A DNA stretch of 64,000 nucleotides from Lepidodermella squamata (GCA_047495785.1 JBLDXI010000046.1:682001-746000), one strand, 5' to 3'; shown: positions 22,926-35,135, counted from the first letter of the stretch. Numbers and translations: made by a program. The notes: a model not told the origin generated them from the letters alone.

Positions 22926-23251
22926 GAAAAGTATCGAAAAAGTGTAAGAAAATGACCTAACAGGTTACAGGAATATTTCTGACAAAATTATTATTCGCTG
23001 GCAAAAAGATAAGTATATGTGATTCTTCAGCAACTGTGTTAGTTCTCAAATTCACGTTCGACTCCTCGTTTGATATTTCAATATGAACAAAATTTCTCAA
23101 ATACAAGCATTTACTAGTTAACTGCCATTTATTTTTTCCAGTCAAACATTTGATTCTTCAATTAGCCGAATAAACTCCGTCATACAGAAATCTTCTTCAT
23201 TAAATTTTCATATAACAAAGACGAATATCTTCAGTATTAATGTTTTCCGTT

Positions 23252-24067
23252 TCATTGGCCAAGAATTTGATAGCTTTGATCGACAATAGACGTGTCATTA
23301 GTTGCAGCGTAAATTTCGCTGAAGATGTAAGTATCCGCTTGGCTCATTATCGGTACCAGTGCGAAGGCAAACAGCTGATATTCATTGCTCACTAAAGTGT
23401 TAAAGCTGGCTGGGTCTCTTATAAAAGCTTCATGAGCTTGTTGAATTCCATTGCTGACCACCAAATGCTGAACAGCTTTCGTAGCTTTGAATGAAGATCG
23501 TCCAAGCTTTCTGACCAGGTCAGGGACAGGTTGAGGTGTTCCTTGCCTGAAATTCTTTGGTAGGGTCCTGATTGCAGCCATTTGGAGTAATCCATTAGAT
23601 TCCAACGGCATCAAGCCTCTAGCTCGGCGGAAATCGTTGACTAGTCTCAACAGCTTGTAAGACCAACGAATCTGCTGAGCTACAAACGCATCGCCACCGT
23701 TGAAAACGGATAGCAGTTCTTTATCCAGTTCGGGAAGTCGAGCTAAAATCGGCCCATTTTCAACAAGTCGCACAACACCGCAGATACCACTGCCCACGGG
23801 TGAGGTGATAGCTGTTGCATTTGCTCGCGAAATTTCACCTCGCATCAATTCGCATCGAGCCTCTTTTGAATTCCAGGTGAAATGAGTGCATAACATTTCG
23901 TCGATGCACATTTCGACGCATAGCGATGCAGCTACCCTAGCCAGGCCTCGGTACTGGCTATTAGTGTCACTGAATGTGCACTCGTTACTCCAGATGCCTC
24001 GCCATTCCAAGTCAGCAGCACTGCACAGGGCAAAACCTCCAACCAGTAATGCAAATAATTCAAACAT
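23252..24067 (-). CDS. Secreted PAN/Apple + CAP domain protein, copy 2, intronless
   Basis: Signal peptide; WSNECTF..CVEMC..CTHFTWN..CELM; LLRLVNDFRR..L..AHEAF..YQLFAF. Paralogue of 21217-21981. Confidence 0.8.
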   Translation of the reverse strand: MFELFALLVGGFALCSAADLEWRGIWSNECTFSDTNSQYRGLARVAASLCVEMCIDEMLCTHFTWNSKEARCELMRGEISRANATAITSPVGSGICGVVRLVENGPILARLPELDKELLSVFNGGDAFVAQQIRWSYKLLRLVNDFRRARGLMPLESNGLLQMAAIRTLPKNFRQGTPQPVPDLVRKLGRSSFKATKAVQHLVVSNGIQQAHEAFIRDPASFNTLVSNEYQLFAFALVPIMSQADTYIFSEIYAATNDTSIVDQSYQILGQ

Positions 24068-24122
24068 TTTAGTATTTAAGATTTTCCTAAAAAATGCTTC
24101 TCGACGATGGCTATATGAGCTG

Positions 24123-24132
24123 TTTTATAGCC
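24123..24132 (-). promoter_or_regulatory. TATA box (GGCTATAAAA) of PAN-CAP copy 2
   Basis: About 56 nt upstream of the ATG at 24067. Confidence 0.55.
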
Positions 24133-24515
24133 TCGCTTCAAGCACTAACCGCGCCCAAAACGCTAATCGTCGTAAACATACGTCATGGTTTCGTGACGTA
24201 AACGTGTTCGGAGCGTTTAAAGTTTTGGAGCAGCTATAAGCTTTTTCATCATAAACAAAACACCTAGGTGCAAACCAACATCATTTTTAATACATGCACT
24301 CAAAATTCCTAAATTACGCGGTCCGGCGGTTATAGCTTTCAGGGGTTCTTCCAGACAGATACTCTTTTAACGATAATGATTCTGACGCGTCATAAGCTAG
24401 GAACTCCGAACAAAATATATCCAAAGATTTTATAAGTTGAATTATATCAAAACTCGTAGTCTTTTTAAGTCCGCATAGGTTTGAAGAACGAGGCTGCGTA
24501 TTCCGGCGTAATAAA

Positions 24516-25029
24516 TTATCGCTTATTCGGCCTTACTTTTCCTTCCATAATATTTTTGGCGAGAATCTGAGCCCAAATGAAGAATGTCCCTTTTTGCTGG
24601 CGGATCCATGCATGATCGATACCTTCGCTTATGTTGCAGCTTCTCCACGAAAACGCGCAAGCTGTATAATTGACTTGAAATGAAACGCTGTATATTGCTG
24701 CAATCTACAACTGTTTCGGGGCTTGAGATTTTCTTCATAGATGAAGGAAAAAGAAATTTTCCAGAAGAAGAACTGATGGAGAGGTTGGGCTCATCGTAAT
24801 AATCCGATCTTATCGAGTCATTATTTAAGGTAGATCCGCCGCTAATTCGTTTTGACCTGGCTTTTACATTTTCAAGGTTTTCGCAACGTTTGCGGTACAG
24901 ATTAGTCAAAGCGATAGCCGTAAGCTTTACAAGCGGCATGTTTAGCGGGGCTTTAGGGTCGGCAGTAGTTGTGCTAGTAACAGCGCAAAACAATGCAGGT
25001 ATTGCCAATGTTAGAACTGCAGTATTCAT
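24516..25029 (-). pseudogene. Secreted 4-Cys helical family, copy 1, frameshifted by a 20-nt deletion
   Basis: Homologous to 26561-27076. After RSCM the conserved QQKGTFFIWAQILAKNIMEGK lies in another frame. Confidence 0.75.
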
Positions 25030-26560
25030 TTTTTGCTGAAATCCTTGCAATGGATACTTGCAAGAATTCGAAGTTCCAGGTTAAGCCGAGTAAATATTTT
25101 TACCTTGCTTTCTCTTTAACAATTCCAAATATTTTTCGCCAGGGTCAAGTTACAAAGCATAGACTGTCCATATTAGTTAGACCAAAAAATGGCATAAAAA
25201 TGCGAGGGCGCTACGCACATTTCAGTGCACTCAACGCTCGATTTCCGAACTGTTCGCGGAAAATGTAAAACTCCGCCTCGTTCCCGTACAAGTATGAACC
25301 AGAAACGTGAAGTTCTTCCGGCTGTATCAAATATGGTAAAATTTTAGGTTCGAATATTTGAACATAGCAGGATCTCGAGATGAATCCATAGCCATGATAT
25401 ATTACTATTTCATTATTTTGCTCTAGTTTGTTTGACCGAGATCAGACCATTAGAATTCTTTCCGGCGGTCGATGATTACTATAGCGAAGATCCCTAATCT
25501 GCATGAATCTAGGTTAATCTGTCAACCTTTTTTGCACATAGGCCCATTCTCAAATAGACGCCCAACCAAATAAAGGATAAATTTTCGATGTGACTTGTAT
25601 GGCAATCCGTATTAGGATGATTCAGATGGCGGAAGTAGAATTAACAGTTAAATGGATTAAATTAGCGATAAAAGAGTTATATTTCATCCGAATAGCGCTA
25701 TTATACTGATCAATAGCTCATCAACGATCGGAGATTTGAACTGTTTGAACGCGCTTTAAAGTTCCAAGTCAAATACAATGAAGGCTCTTTCGCGTGCGTC
25801 TCAGTTCTCAGTCCAATAGCTAATAATTGCAGGGGCGATTGTGGGCAGTCCCAGCGATAGGGAAGGCTGAAGGCTGGAAAGAATTTCCGCTAATGTTGGT
25901 CTCATTCTCCCCCACCTTCCGCTGCATTTTACGAACTTTCCCATAGTTCGTTCCCCTCTTCCGCTAACATTTGTGCCGGTATGTAGGACACCTTTCCCAG
26001 CCCTGATCGTCGGCTATTAACGAGTGAAGGGGCTTTGGCGACGAAACCGTAGCTGCCGAGATGTCACTTCATAAGAATATGAAGGGAGTATCCTGAAAGG
26101 GAATAAACAAGATCAGAACGGCATTGATAAAAAAAATGATATTCATTAGAGATTGGACTTCGATTTGAGGCATTTTTCGAAATCAAGGGAAATGGCCCAG
26201 CCTTTTCTCTGAAATTCTGAACTAGAAAGGCGGGAACCGCATCATTACACCGAAGTAATACTCATTTCGTGACATCCTTTTTTAGCGTAATATTAAGCTT
26301 AGGATTCTAAGGTGATATGATCCGCTGTTGAATAATAGGGTGCTGGGACGTATTTTATTTATAATTTCCAAGCAATTTCACACCTGCAATAGTATTCAAT
26401 AAAATGCTGAAATAAATAAGGGAAGGGCCATGCTCGACATGGCGTTTACGGTTCGAAGAAACGGTCGCAAAAGCTAAATAATGTGATCATAAGCTTAATT
26501 TATTCAAAATGACACGTGTAAATTGAGTGTGTTCGGTAACATGAGTTTGGATGGAGGAAA

Positions 26561-27076
26561 TTACTGCCGACCCTTCGAAATTGTTTTTCCATCCATGATG
26601 TCTTTGGCCAGAATTTGAGCCCACATGAAGAAAGTTCCTTTTTGCTGGCAGATCGTCGCTGAGCTGAAAAGTTCCATGCATTCTCGATACCGTCTTTTCT
26701 GCTGCTGTTTCTCCGCGAAATCATACAAAGCGTCCAGATGGTTCGAAACCAATTTCGGTATATTGCTGCAATCTAAAGCCGGTTCAGTAGTTGAGACTTT
26801 CCTAGTCCTCGCAGAGGAAGGAAACCTGTTGGAAATTCTAGGATCAACAGTTTGTGAAATACTCGGTCGTGTCGTCACTCTGTTCGGGCCTGGCGTAGCA
26901 ACAGTAGTGATCACCTCTTGGTACTCGCAGCGTTTACGGTACATGTTAGTCAAAGCGACAGCGGTTAGCCTCACCAGCGAAGTGTTCGGTGCAGATAGAG
27001 GTTCGAAATGACTATCGCCAAGACCAACATTGAGCTGGAGTATCATAACAAAAATTAGAGCTATTGTCGAAGTCAT
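26561..27076 (-). CDS. Secreted 4-Cys helical family, copy 2 (family not recognised)
   Basis: Signal peptide; LVRLTAVALTNMYRKRC - P/T/S linker - DCSNIP...QKRRYRECMELFSSATICQQKGTFFMWAQILAKDIMDG. Confidence 0.85.
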   Translation of the reverse strand: MTSTIALIFVMILQLNVGLGDSHFEPLSAPNTSLVRLTAVALTNMYRKRCEYQEVITTVATPGPNRVTTRPSISQTVDPRISNRFPSSARTRKVSTTEPALDCSNIPKLVSNHLDALYDFAEKQQQKRRYRECMELFSSATICQQKGTFFMWAQILAKDIMDGKTISKGRQ

Positions 27077-28153
27077 CGAACTCAGGATATGAGCATGAAT
27101 TCAGATTACAACTCGATGTGCCAGCCCAACCACTCTTTCAGAGGTTAATATATATCCCCCTTACCATGATGATCGCGTCTCAAATTCCCAAGCATTTTAG
27201 GCATGTGATGTTGGCATTTACCAAACTAATAAATTGAGCTAACAGGCACGATGCAGGATATCCGTTCAAAACCTACTTACTGAATGACTGAACTCCCCCT
27301 CCCTCCTGCGCTTATTTTGAGCGGCAATAAGTACTTCCGATTGACTCATATCCGCATGTTTCGTTACAGTTGCTCGCGCAATCGGACCCTTTGGCTGTGA
27401 GCGAGGAGGATTGTTGGGATTATAGCTTCATCGCCCCCTTTGTTATTTATTTCCAGTGCGCTAAGTAAAAAAGCTGACCCCTCCCACCTTCCGACAGGCC
27501 AACTTCCCACATGGGGACACTGAAAGACGAGCCTATAGCGTAAAATAGGCTGAAGCTGTATCTTATTCGACTGCCAAGCGGATGACTTCCGCAGTACTTC
27601 CGAGATCGATGGCTCCAGTAAATTCTTTAGTCACCCCGTTATTTCCTTTGCCGAGTCTCGCTTACATTCTATCTGCACCCACTATCTAATAGTGGCATTG
27701 GAGAAGCCTTTACAAGCGATACAGTATCTATTACAATGGAACTGATGCTGAAAGTGCCTATAAATGATAACCGAAGCATCTCCTATTTATACGAAATCAG
27801 CAGAAATTAGCTAAAAAAATGCGGAAGATGTGAGAAGTTCAGGACTGACGGGAGCCTTCTATACCAGTTCACCGTAGCAAATGTTCATCTATCTAATCTG
27901 AACTGGCTTTGCATATTAGCCCTGGATTCAAGTGCTACTTTCGAACTTTCGATAAATTCGAACTGCTCCAGGATTCTGCACGAATGTAGATTTTTCATTA
28001 CTGAGTACTTATCGTCTTTTTAATTAGCAACAAGAAAATAGATAATATTATACTTAACTAATATTCGGTAAAGGTGAAATGAATGCAAGATTCAAGGTCG
28101 AGGCAAAATTCCATAGTAATTTATTGATATTAGAAATTAAGCAAAAAGGCATT

Positions 28154-28657
28154 TCAAACAGCAGCTGTTTTCCCGTCTAAAATATCTTTAGCTAGAAGAT
28201 GAGCCCACATGAAGAAGGTTCCACGTTGATGACAAATCGACGATGAACCGAATAGCTTCATGCACGTCTGGAACCGTTGTTTCTTTTGAATATTTTCCAA
28301 GTAGCTATAAATCACGCCTAGCTGGCCCGTAATCAATGCAGGAAAGTTTTTGCAGTCTATGACATTGTTTGCGTTACTCAGCAGTGGAAATGGTGATACA
28401 TTGATGCTGATTGGGGAACGTTTATTAGCCATGCTCGGTTCGAACAGCGACGGAAAAACGGTGACAGGGGTTGCCGAAGTAGGAGCCAATACTGGGACGG
28501 CTTCTTTCAAGCATAGTGTTCGGTAAAGATGCCGCAAGGCGACTGCTGAGAGTTTCATGATGGAGAACTCCTTCGTCGCTCTATCTCCGCTATTTTTCTC
28601 AGCCATTATGATCGGTATAACGAGTAGCACAGCCGATAAAATAGTTGCAATCGCCAT
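28154..28657 (-). CDS. Secreted 4-Cys helical family, copy 3
   Basis: Signal peptide; IMKLSAVALRHLYRTLC...DCKNFP...QKKQRFQTCMKLFGSSSICHQRGTFFMWAHLLAKDILDG. Confidence 0.85.
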   Translation of the reverse strand: MAIATILSAVLLVIPIIMAEKNSGDRATKEFSIMKLSAVALRHLYRTLCLKEAVPVLAPTSATPVTVFPSLFEPSMANKRSPISINVSPFPLLSNANNVIDCKNFPALITGQLGVIYSYLENIQKKQRFQTCMKLFGSSSICHQRGTFFMWAHLLAKDILDGKTAAV

Positions 28658-29887
28658 GTTTTTAATAGTAGTGAAGTGATGTGAGAGTGTTTAGTTGTTT
28701 AGTTTGAATCTGAAGTCAATACGCCTTTTTACTTCTCACATTCTAGATAAGAGTCGTAAAGGTCATTTTACATGTGGGCGACCTGATATTCGTTCGCCTT
28801 AGACATGGCTTCCGGCCAGCACAAGGCTTTCCTTCTGTGACCTTCTGTGAACGCCTATGACGCTTTATCGAGTAGGGAAAGCAGTTTTTTGTATTCGAGA
28901 TTCGTATGCGTGCGACATAGGATACGTAACATTTTGCTGATAGATATGGATGTGTCCATTTGCACGATCCATATCCTCATCGTCATTCATCGATCAGTAA
29001 ATTCCAGTTGAATATCTTAATATTTCTTAGCTGAATAATTTGAAACAATACCTTAAGAGATATCGCTCTCTTGGCAGTTTGAACATGCTGGCAATTATGC
29101 AAAAGGTTTCAGATGATTTTAAAGATTTTACGTCAGTTTTACAATAGGTGTAAGGACGAAAATCTATAATCCTCTTCCGTAAATTTCAAGTTTCTCCGGA
29201 AATTCTTCACGATTACCCGAGAATTCCAGATACGCCGTCGTCGTTCTGTCATGGAATTAAAGTATGGATAATCCCCTCATTGAACAACTCAGCTTATTCC
29301 CTGAGTGTATCTTGGTACATATAGCTTGTGGCGGAAACCAAAGAACATGATCGTGGAACAGGATGAGCATTTCCGAAGAGCTAGTGACGAGAATATGCTC
29401 ACGCGTTTTTGAGGAAGCTAGGAACCAAATGCCGGATGTTCATATGCTTTCTATAGCTGTTTTATAGATCGAAAACTACTCTTGTGTTCCATCCGCTGTG
29501 TCTGCCGCAACTTCCTTTTGCTAACACGTGACAACAGCAAAGCCCACACTCTTGCACCACAGAAAATGGACCGAGCACTGAGCGAAACTCCCCACAGGAC
29601 GAAACAGACACCTGAAAGGCATCTGCTATAGCCTTAATGAAATTTTTATAGGCCATGGGAATCGCAAAGAAAGGTATAAATCGTCCATAAAGCTATGGGA
29701 TCAATTTTAGGACGTTGGATATCGTTTGATGTTCTCTGCTAGTCCAAGGATGAAGGCGAGGCTGCAGCGTTCCCGCAGCAGTAAACGACCAGCCCGAGCC
29801 CCGTATATAATTGGCTCAAGGCTTAAGAATAAACTCGTTTGATCTGGAAGAACACCACACTCATAATGAAAAAACACTAGATCATTT

Positions 29888-30366
29888 TTATTCTGAAATA
29901 CTTTTCTGAAAAATGAAGATTAGAATGAATGCTGAGGATATTAGCGTGAGACTTTCCTTGCGTTGTTTGGCACCAGAAGTGTCTAGTTTCGGTTTCCCGT
30001 TGCAATAACTCGTCCTACAACACCGCATATTACTGAGAACAACATCGGCTTGATTGTGGTCATCGGCCTCCGAGCAAGTCGCAAAGCTATTTAAACATCC
30101 TTGAATAATCGCGCCTCCTGTTTCCGTGGTCTGTAATGTATGGATCATAGTTAGCGAATGAAACAAGGTTTCGAGCTTACATAACAGAAAGTTCCTTGGC
30201 AGAATGGTGGCAGCAATTCGCCGGTTTGAACACTGATAGCGTTGTAGCAGTAGACAACCTTTGGATTGCTCATATCGGGTTCATTCATGCCCGAGGTCTT
30301 GCCGATGCTAAGAATAAAGAAAACGACCGTTGGCAAGAGAGGAAACATGCTTATCCAATAGCTCAT
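29888..30366 (-). CDS. Ly6/uPAR three-finger-type protein, probably GPI-anchored (2 exons, intron about 30131-30180)
   Basis: Signal peptide; VYCYN...C..TFCY|TTETGG.IIQGC....C...CCRTSYCN; hydrophobic C-terminal tail LISSAFILIFIF. Confidence 0.8.
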
Positions 30367-31429
30367 ATCTTCGATTAATTTCAAGTTAACTACAGCAGAA
30401 AGGAAAGAAAAAATGCAGATGTAAATTCGGAGACAACATTATTATTATCATATTATATCCCAGAAGTATGTAGTAAATAGTTTGTTTGGATGTTTTTTTA
30501 GCCCTGGCGTGGCGCTGCGCTATAGAGCCTTGTATATACCTCACGGTGGGGCATGTATAATACATTTTCTATTTGTTGTTGATTGCTTGTGTGTATGCGG
30601 TATGCGCTACAGCAGAGTTCTTTGTCAAGGATGTTTTTTACTTATTGAGTTGGTTTCGCAAGGGCCTGGCCGCGCATTCCCTTTGTCCCAGTGCACACTA
30701 GCATTAAAAGTCGGCGGTTTTCGCTCGAATTTTCTTATGTTGTTCGTACTTTGTTTCACATGGATGCTCACGATTCTCGCGAAAACCTGCGCATGTTTCA
30801 TTGAATTTTTTATCCGATTCGTTTGTGTAACCACAGCCGCTACATTTGCTAATATTTTCAGTGAACGGCATACAAATTAATTGTAGCAATCCAACCTAAG
30901 TTTCAAGTCCAAAGTTGATTATCGATTTCATCGCTATAAAATTAGAACATGGACGCTCCGACAATCTTCCGAGAATTAGGAATGTTAAAAGGGCAAAGAA
31001 TTTCCGTCCGTTAATGCATTCTACTTTCTGGCGTTTCGACATCCTATGTAAAAAATGCAATTTTTTGAACGTCTCAGGTTTTCTCCTAAATGAACTTGAA
31101 ATCGCTCAGAAATGAATTATTATAGACAAAACGCCATATTACAAAAGCTGATAAATTTATATGGAAACAAGAAAAAAATCATTATCTGAGATCAGAATAT
31201 CGGCAGAGGCAGGAACATGATGGCCATTCAATTGGTTTCGAAGCGAAAGAACCATAAGAGCAAAAACTTTACCACCACTAGTCACTGTGTAGCATTTTAT
31301 CGGTAACAAGATACTGATTCCTATATTTCGGTAATATGTAGTGTCTTCTAAGGAATGTATTCATCATTTTATTATTGAATTCCTATTAACGCTGCTAAAA
31401 ACGTCATAACAATGAAGAAATGAAGAATT

Positions 31430-31984
31430 TTAAGCAGCTACAACGGTGTTACCCGACATTATGTTCTTAGCTATCATATTAGCCCATATGAAGAACGAGC
31501 CCCGCTGATGGCAGATATCAGCCGAGCTGAAGACCTTCATACACGTTTCGAGCCGCTGTCTTTTCTGAATATCCTCCAAAAACGTTTTCACTGCTTGCAA
31601 TTGGCCTTTTATCATGTCGGGAATCTTGCTGCAGTCGAATTTGCTCGTCCGAGATCGCAAGAGAGGTTCTCCGTGGAGATTCGCAGGTTTTGGCCGTAAC
31701 GGACCTTTCGCCGGTTGATGAAAAAGCGGGAAAACTGTTATTGGGCTTGGTGTGGTGGAAGGAAGGACCGGAGTTTGGTTAACACATCGTTTTCTGTACA
31801 AATTGGTGAGAGCAGCAGTTGATAGCTTCAACAGTGTCAACTGCTTGTAGCCATTCGAGTCAAAGTTCGCAAAGCTAGACACAACATTCGGCATGAAAAA
31901 CGCGCCGGTAGTTGCCAAGATTATAAATTGAGATTGCATCGATGTAATGAAACTGCGAAGTGATAATTGTGATATGTCCATCAT
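31430..31984 (-). CDS. Secreted 4-Cys helical family, copy 4 (probable start at 31939)
   Basis: LLKLSTAALTNLYRKRC...DCSKIP...QKRQRLETCMKVFSSADICHQRGSFFIWANMIAKNIMSG. Confidence 0.85.
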   Translation of the reverse strand: MMDISQLSLRSFITSMQSQFIILATTGAFFMPNVVSSFANFDSNGYKQLTLLKLSTAALTNLYRKRCVNQTPVLPSTTPSPITVFPLFHQPAKGPLRPKPANLHGEPLLRSRTSKFDCSKIPDMIKGQLQAVKTFLEDIQKRQRLETCMKVFSSADICHQRGSFFIWANMIAKNIMSGNTVVAA

Positions 31985-32437
31985 GCCACTTCACCGCCGC
32001 CGTATGATGTTCGTGGTTGAAAAAAATGTTTCAATCAGGAAGTAATTCTGCACGCCTACTCTTCATTTTGAGATGATTTGCAAGTTCATCGAATCGTAAT
32101 AAAAACGTACTGTCCTTAAGTAAAACTTTGATAGCACAGAATTCGAGTTCAGTAATTTTGTCTTTTCTAAACCAAGAAAAACTGACTGAAACTAGTGTAT
32201 ACTCACTCGCTCACTAATTAAAATTGTCCCTCAAAGAGATCACGAATAACAAAAAACATTCAATTAGGATAAAACACGGGAATTATCCGCAATAATTCAT
32301 TCAAAACATATTTTCGATATTTGTGAGTCAAACGCTGAAAAAATTAAAGACTCGAGCATCCACTGGATCATTTATTCGAGTGGTAGATAACTAGGCGCCT
32401 CCGAACTGAGCATCGATTGGAAGCATAAAAACTATTA

Positions 32438-34297
32438 TCAAAACCTGGTCATCAAAGTCATGAAACTGAGAAGTGAGACTAAGGATTCAACTATTCCGGC
32501 ATTGTTAGCTTTTCTGTCCGTTTTACTGTCCTTCGTTTTCAGTGCCATGTTCAGCTGCTCCTTTACATCTCGATTGCAATTTCGACCAATAACGGGCAGT
32601 GGCTTGGTTCGGCAGGCTTCTGTTAATTGTCTTACTTGCTTAGCCGATAGCGGCGAATCATAAACTGAGACACAAGCCATGTTATCGTTTTCAAACAATC
32701 CATACTGGGTGTTCGTCTCATGATCGTAAGCTCCGCCCACTGAGATTGAGGTTGTAGCCGATGAGAAAATCTTAGAATCGATTTTAGTCCAGTTCGAATA
32801 CAGTGTATTCATATCAAACGGCAACTTTTTGCCTGGCCAGGCAACAACAGTCGGAGTTTTATGGAAATTATAGATCGTAAGCCGTTGACTCGAAGAATCG
32901 TACGTAACAGCGTAAAATTTCCAATATTTACAAACTTGAGAAATTTCCATCTTACCAGCAACGCTTTGTTTGATCTTATCGAATACTTTCACTACGAGTA
33001 AGTAGTCTTTCGAGCAATGAAGTGTTAAGGAGGCTTGGTCGAATTCCATACTAAACAGCCCAGTCTCGCGGCCTTCTTTCCAGATCGGATCCCTCTCAAC
33101 TGCTGAATTCACTGAAGCGTAAAACGCAAACGTGAACCCTGATGAAGTAACAGGAATGTTGTTGTAAGTAGCCAGGGTTCGATTTTCATCTCTCTTCATG
33201 TTGATGCAACAGTAGCCAACTGTGTAACTGAAGTAGCCAACAGAATTGCCATAGGGCGAGCTTGCTTCAACCAGGGCACTTCCAGACTTTTGAGCTGGTT
33301 CAATCCCGCAGATCGAATCGGTAAATCCACTTGTTTTATCGAGATGTGTTTCGAAGACCAACGATTTTGGATTAGGCCACTGAATTCCAAGTTTTACTAG
33401 AAAAATCTAAAATTATCAAAAAGTTTGATTTAGGCAGTAACCAACCTTCGCCGTCACGTTTGCAAGCAGTAGAATCGCCAAGCTGTCCAGGCGGCATCAT
33501 GCAAGATTCCGGTAGTGACTTTACTTCATCAACATTCAATGCAACGCTGTAAATTGAGAAACAGAACAAGTGATCCCCTTTTCGAACGCCGTATCTCTTG
33601 TAAGTATCCCTATCCAGGGCATCACCCAGGGTGACCTGGGCCCAACCTTCGCCTTGAATGATCGGCTTATCCATCCGGCCAAAGACAGTTTTCGTCAAAT
33701 TTGAGCTATTGAAGGCGTAAATCGTGAGTTGATTTGAAGCACTGTCATGAGAAATCATATAAAATCGCCAATAATAACCGCATACGTTCGAAACATTGAG
33801 TGATAAGGTGGCGTTTATGTCCTCTTTATCGAAAATTTTGACCAGCAAATTGTTGGCCCAACACACAGCTGTAAGATAACCAACATCTGTTTCCAGCTCT
33901 AGCAAACCGACTATTCGATCTGCCGTTGTATTTGCGTAGAATGAAATGCTGAAATCCGATTTCAATGGAATTGGTCGATAAATCGCGAGGTACTCATTTT
34001 GGTCACTGATTTTCGCCGTTGAAGTGTAAGAGGCGTTTCTATAACCAAACGGGCTGTTGCCCTGGCTTAAAGTCGCCGACTTACTAACATTTACCGGGGC
34101 TAGATCGCAAATGTTATCATTTAGGTCGTTGCTAGCATTCATTTGGACATGAAAAACTAGCGAATCGTTACGAGGCCAGTTGGTGAGCGCTGCAACTATC
34201 AAATTGGAAAAATTAACTGAAATCACACGAGAAAGATTTTACCAGTATTTAGACATATTGGAAGCGTAATGAATAGAATAAACATGTCCCAATTCAT
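32438..34297 (-). CDS. Secreted tandem double LamG/ConA-like protein with a GPI-like tail (3 exons)
   Basis: Signal exon MNWDMFILFITLPICLNT and an intron lead to ORF 33372-34226. A 49-nt intron (GTTGGT...TTCTAG) gives VKLGIQWPNPKSLVFETH and joins ORF 32438-33361. The C-terminus is NNAG plus a hydrophobic tail. Confidence 0.8.
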
Positions 34298-35135
34298 TTT
34301 TTTAGCTGCGGAGAGGTAAATCCTGAGTATAACTGGCTCAGTGGTGACGTATTACGGTATTTGTGAGAGAATTGCGTTGCACAAGTGTAACAGATTCACA
34401 ATTGGAATAGAACCAAGTACGCATGCTTTCTGTGTATCACAGGTTCTAATTAAGGCTGCACTATTGTTACCTTCAAGATACCATTAACAAAAAATTAAAC
34501 ATTAACACTTTGTCTTAGTATCAACTGACAGCTTGGAAGTTTAGATGACTTTTCTTTAAATAAATGAGGATGCCGTAAGCTTTCAGGTCCCAAAAGAAGT
34601 CAGATACTCTATTCAGACGATGTCAGATTTGCCGAGATACGACCACTTCCGGTCATGATTTTACTTTATTACCCCAGCCACTGTCAATGGGTCATCCACC
34701 ATCCAGTGACACATGTTCTAGGGTCATTTTTCACGAGGAATTCAGTGGTGATGTTCCTTTCTTCATAGCAGTTTGACTGAAGTTCAACGGTAAATGAGTA
34801 TGGGAGTAAAAGGATTAAGCTAAGACAGTCATTCATGGGCGCATATGACGAAAATAATTGGCATCTCCACCTGACTAACTAGCCTTTTAAAAATACCGGT
34901 TTTTAGAAAAAATAACTACCGGTTAAAACGTTATTGGTTAAAACGGCTTTCATTCACTTCCAATCCCTGCGCACCAGTCATCAGGCTTGCTACTTAACAA
35001 CCCAGACAAATCCGGCAATAACAATCTGATTAAGAGAATAACCAACGTAAATGATTAATAAATGCAACCATTTCAAAATCAATTCCACATAGTTTTTCAA
35101 AATAGCAATATCTGAATCGGAATGAGTTGATTATT

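Noticed and set aside
26000-26055. CTGATCGTCG...CGACGAAAC hammerhead-like
   Set aside because: Lacks the invariant G8/A9 of CUGAnGA.
29462-29656. Cys-rich 64-aa ORF as another 4-Cys family member or toxin
   Set aside because: No signal peptide and no similarity to the family motifs.
30482-30880. 132-aa hydrophobic plus-strand ORF
   Set aside because: TTG start, low-complexity T-rich composition, no recognisable motif.
33361-33445. Adjacent ORFs 33372-34226 and 32438-33361 as a frameshift, readthrough or bacterial-style operon
   Set aside because: A canonical 49-nt GT-AG intron joins them in frame, and the paralogue at 1-1491 has the same intron.
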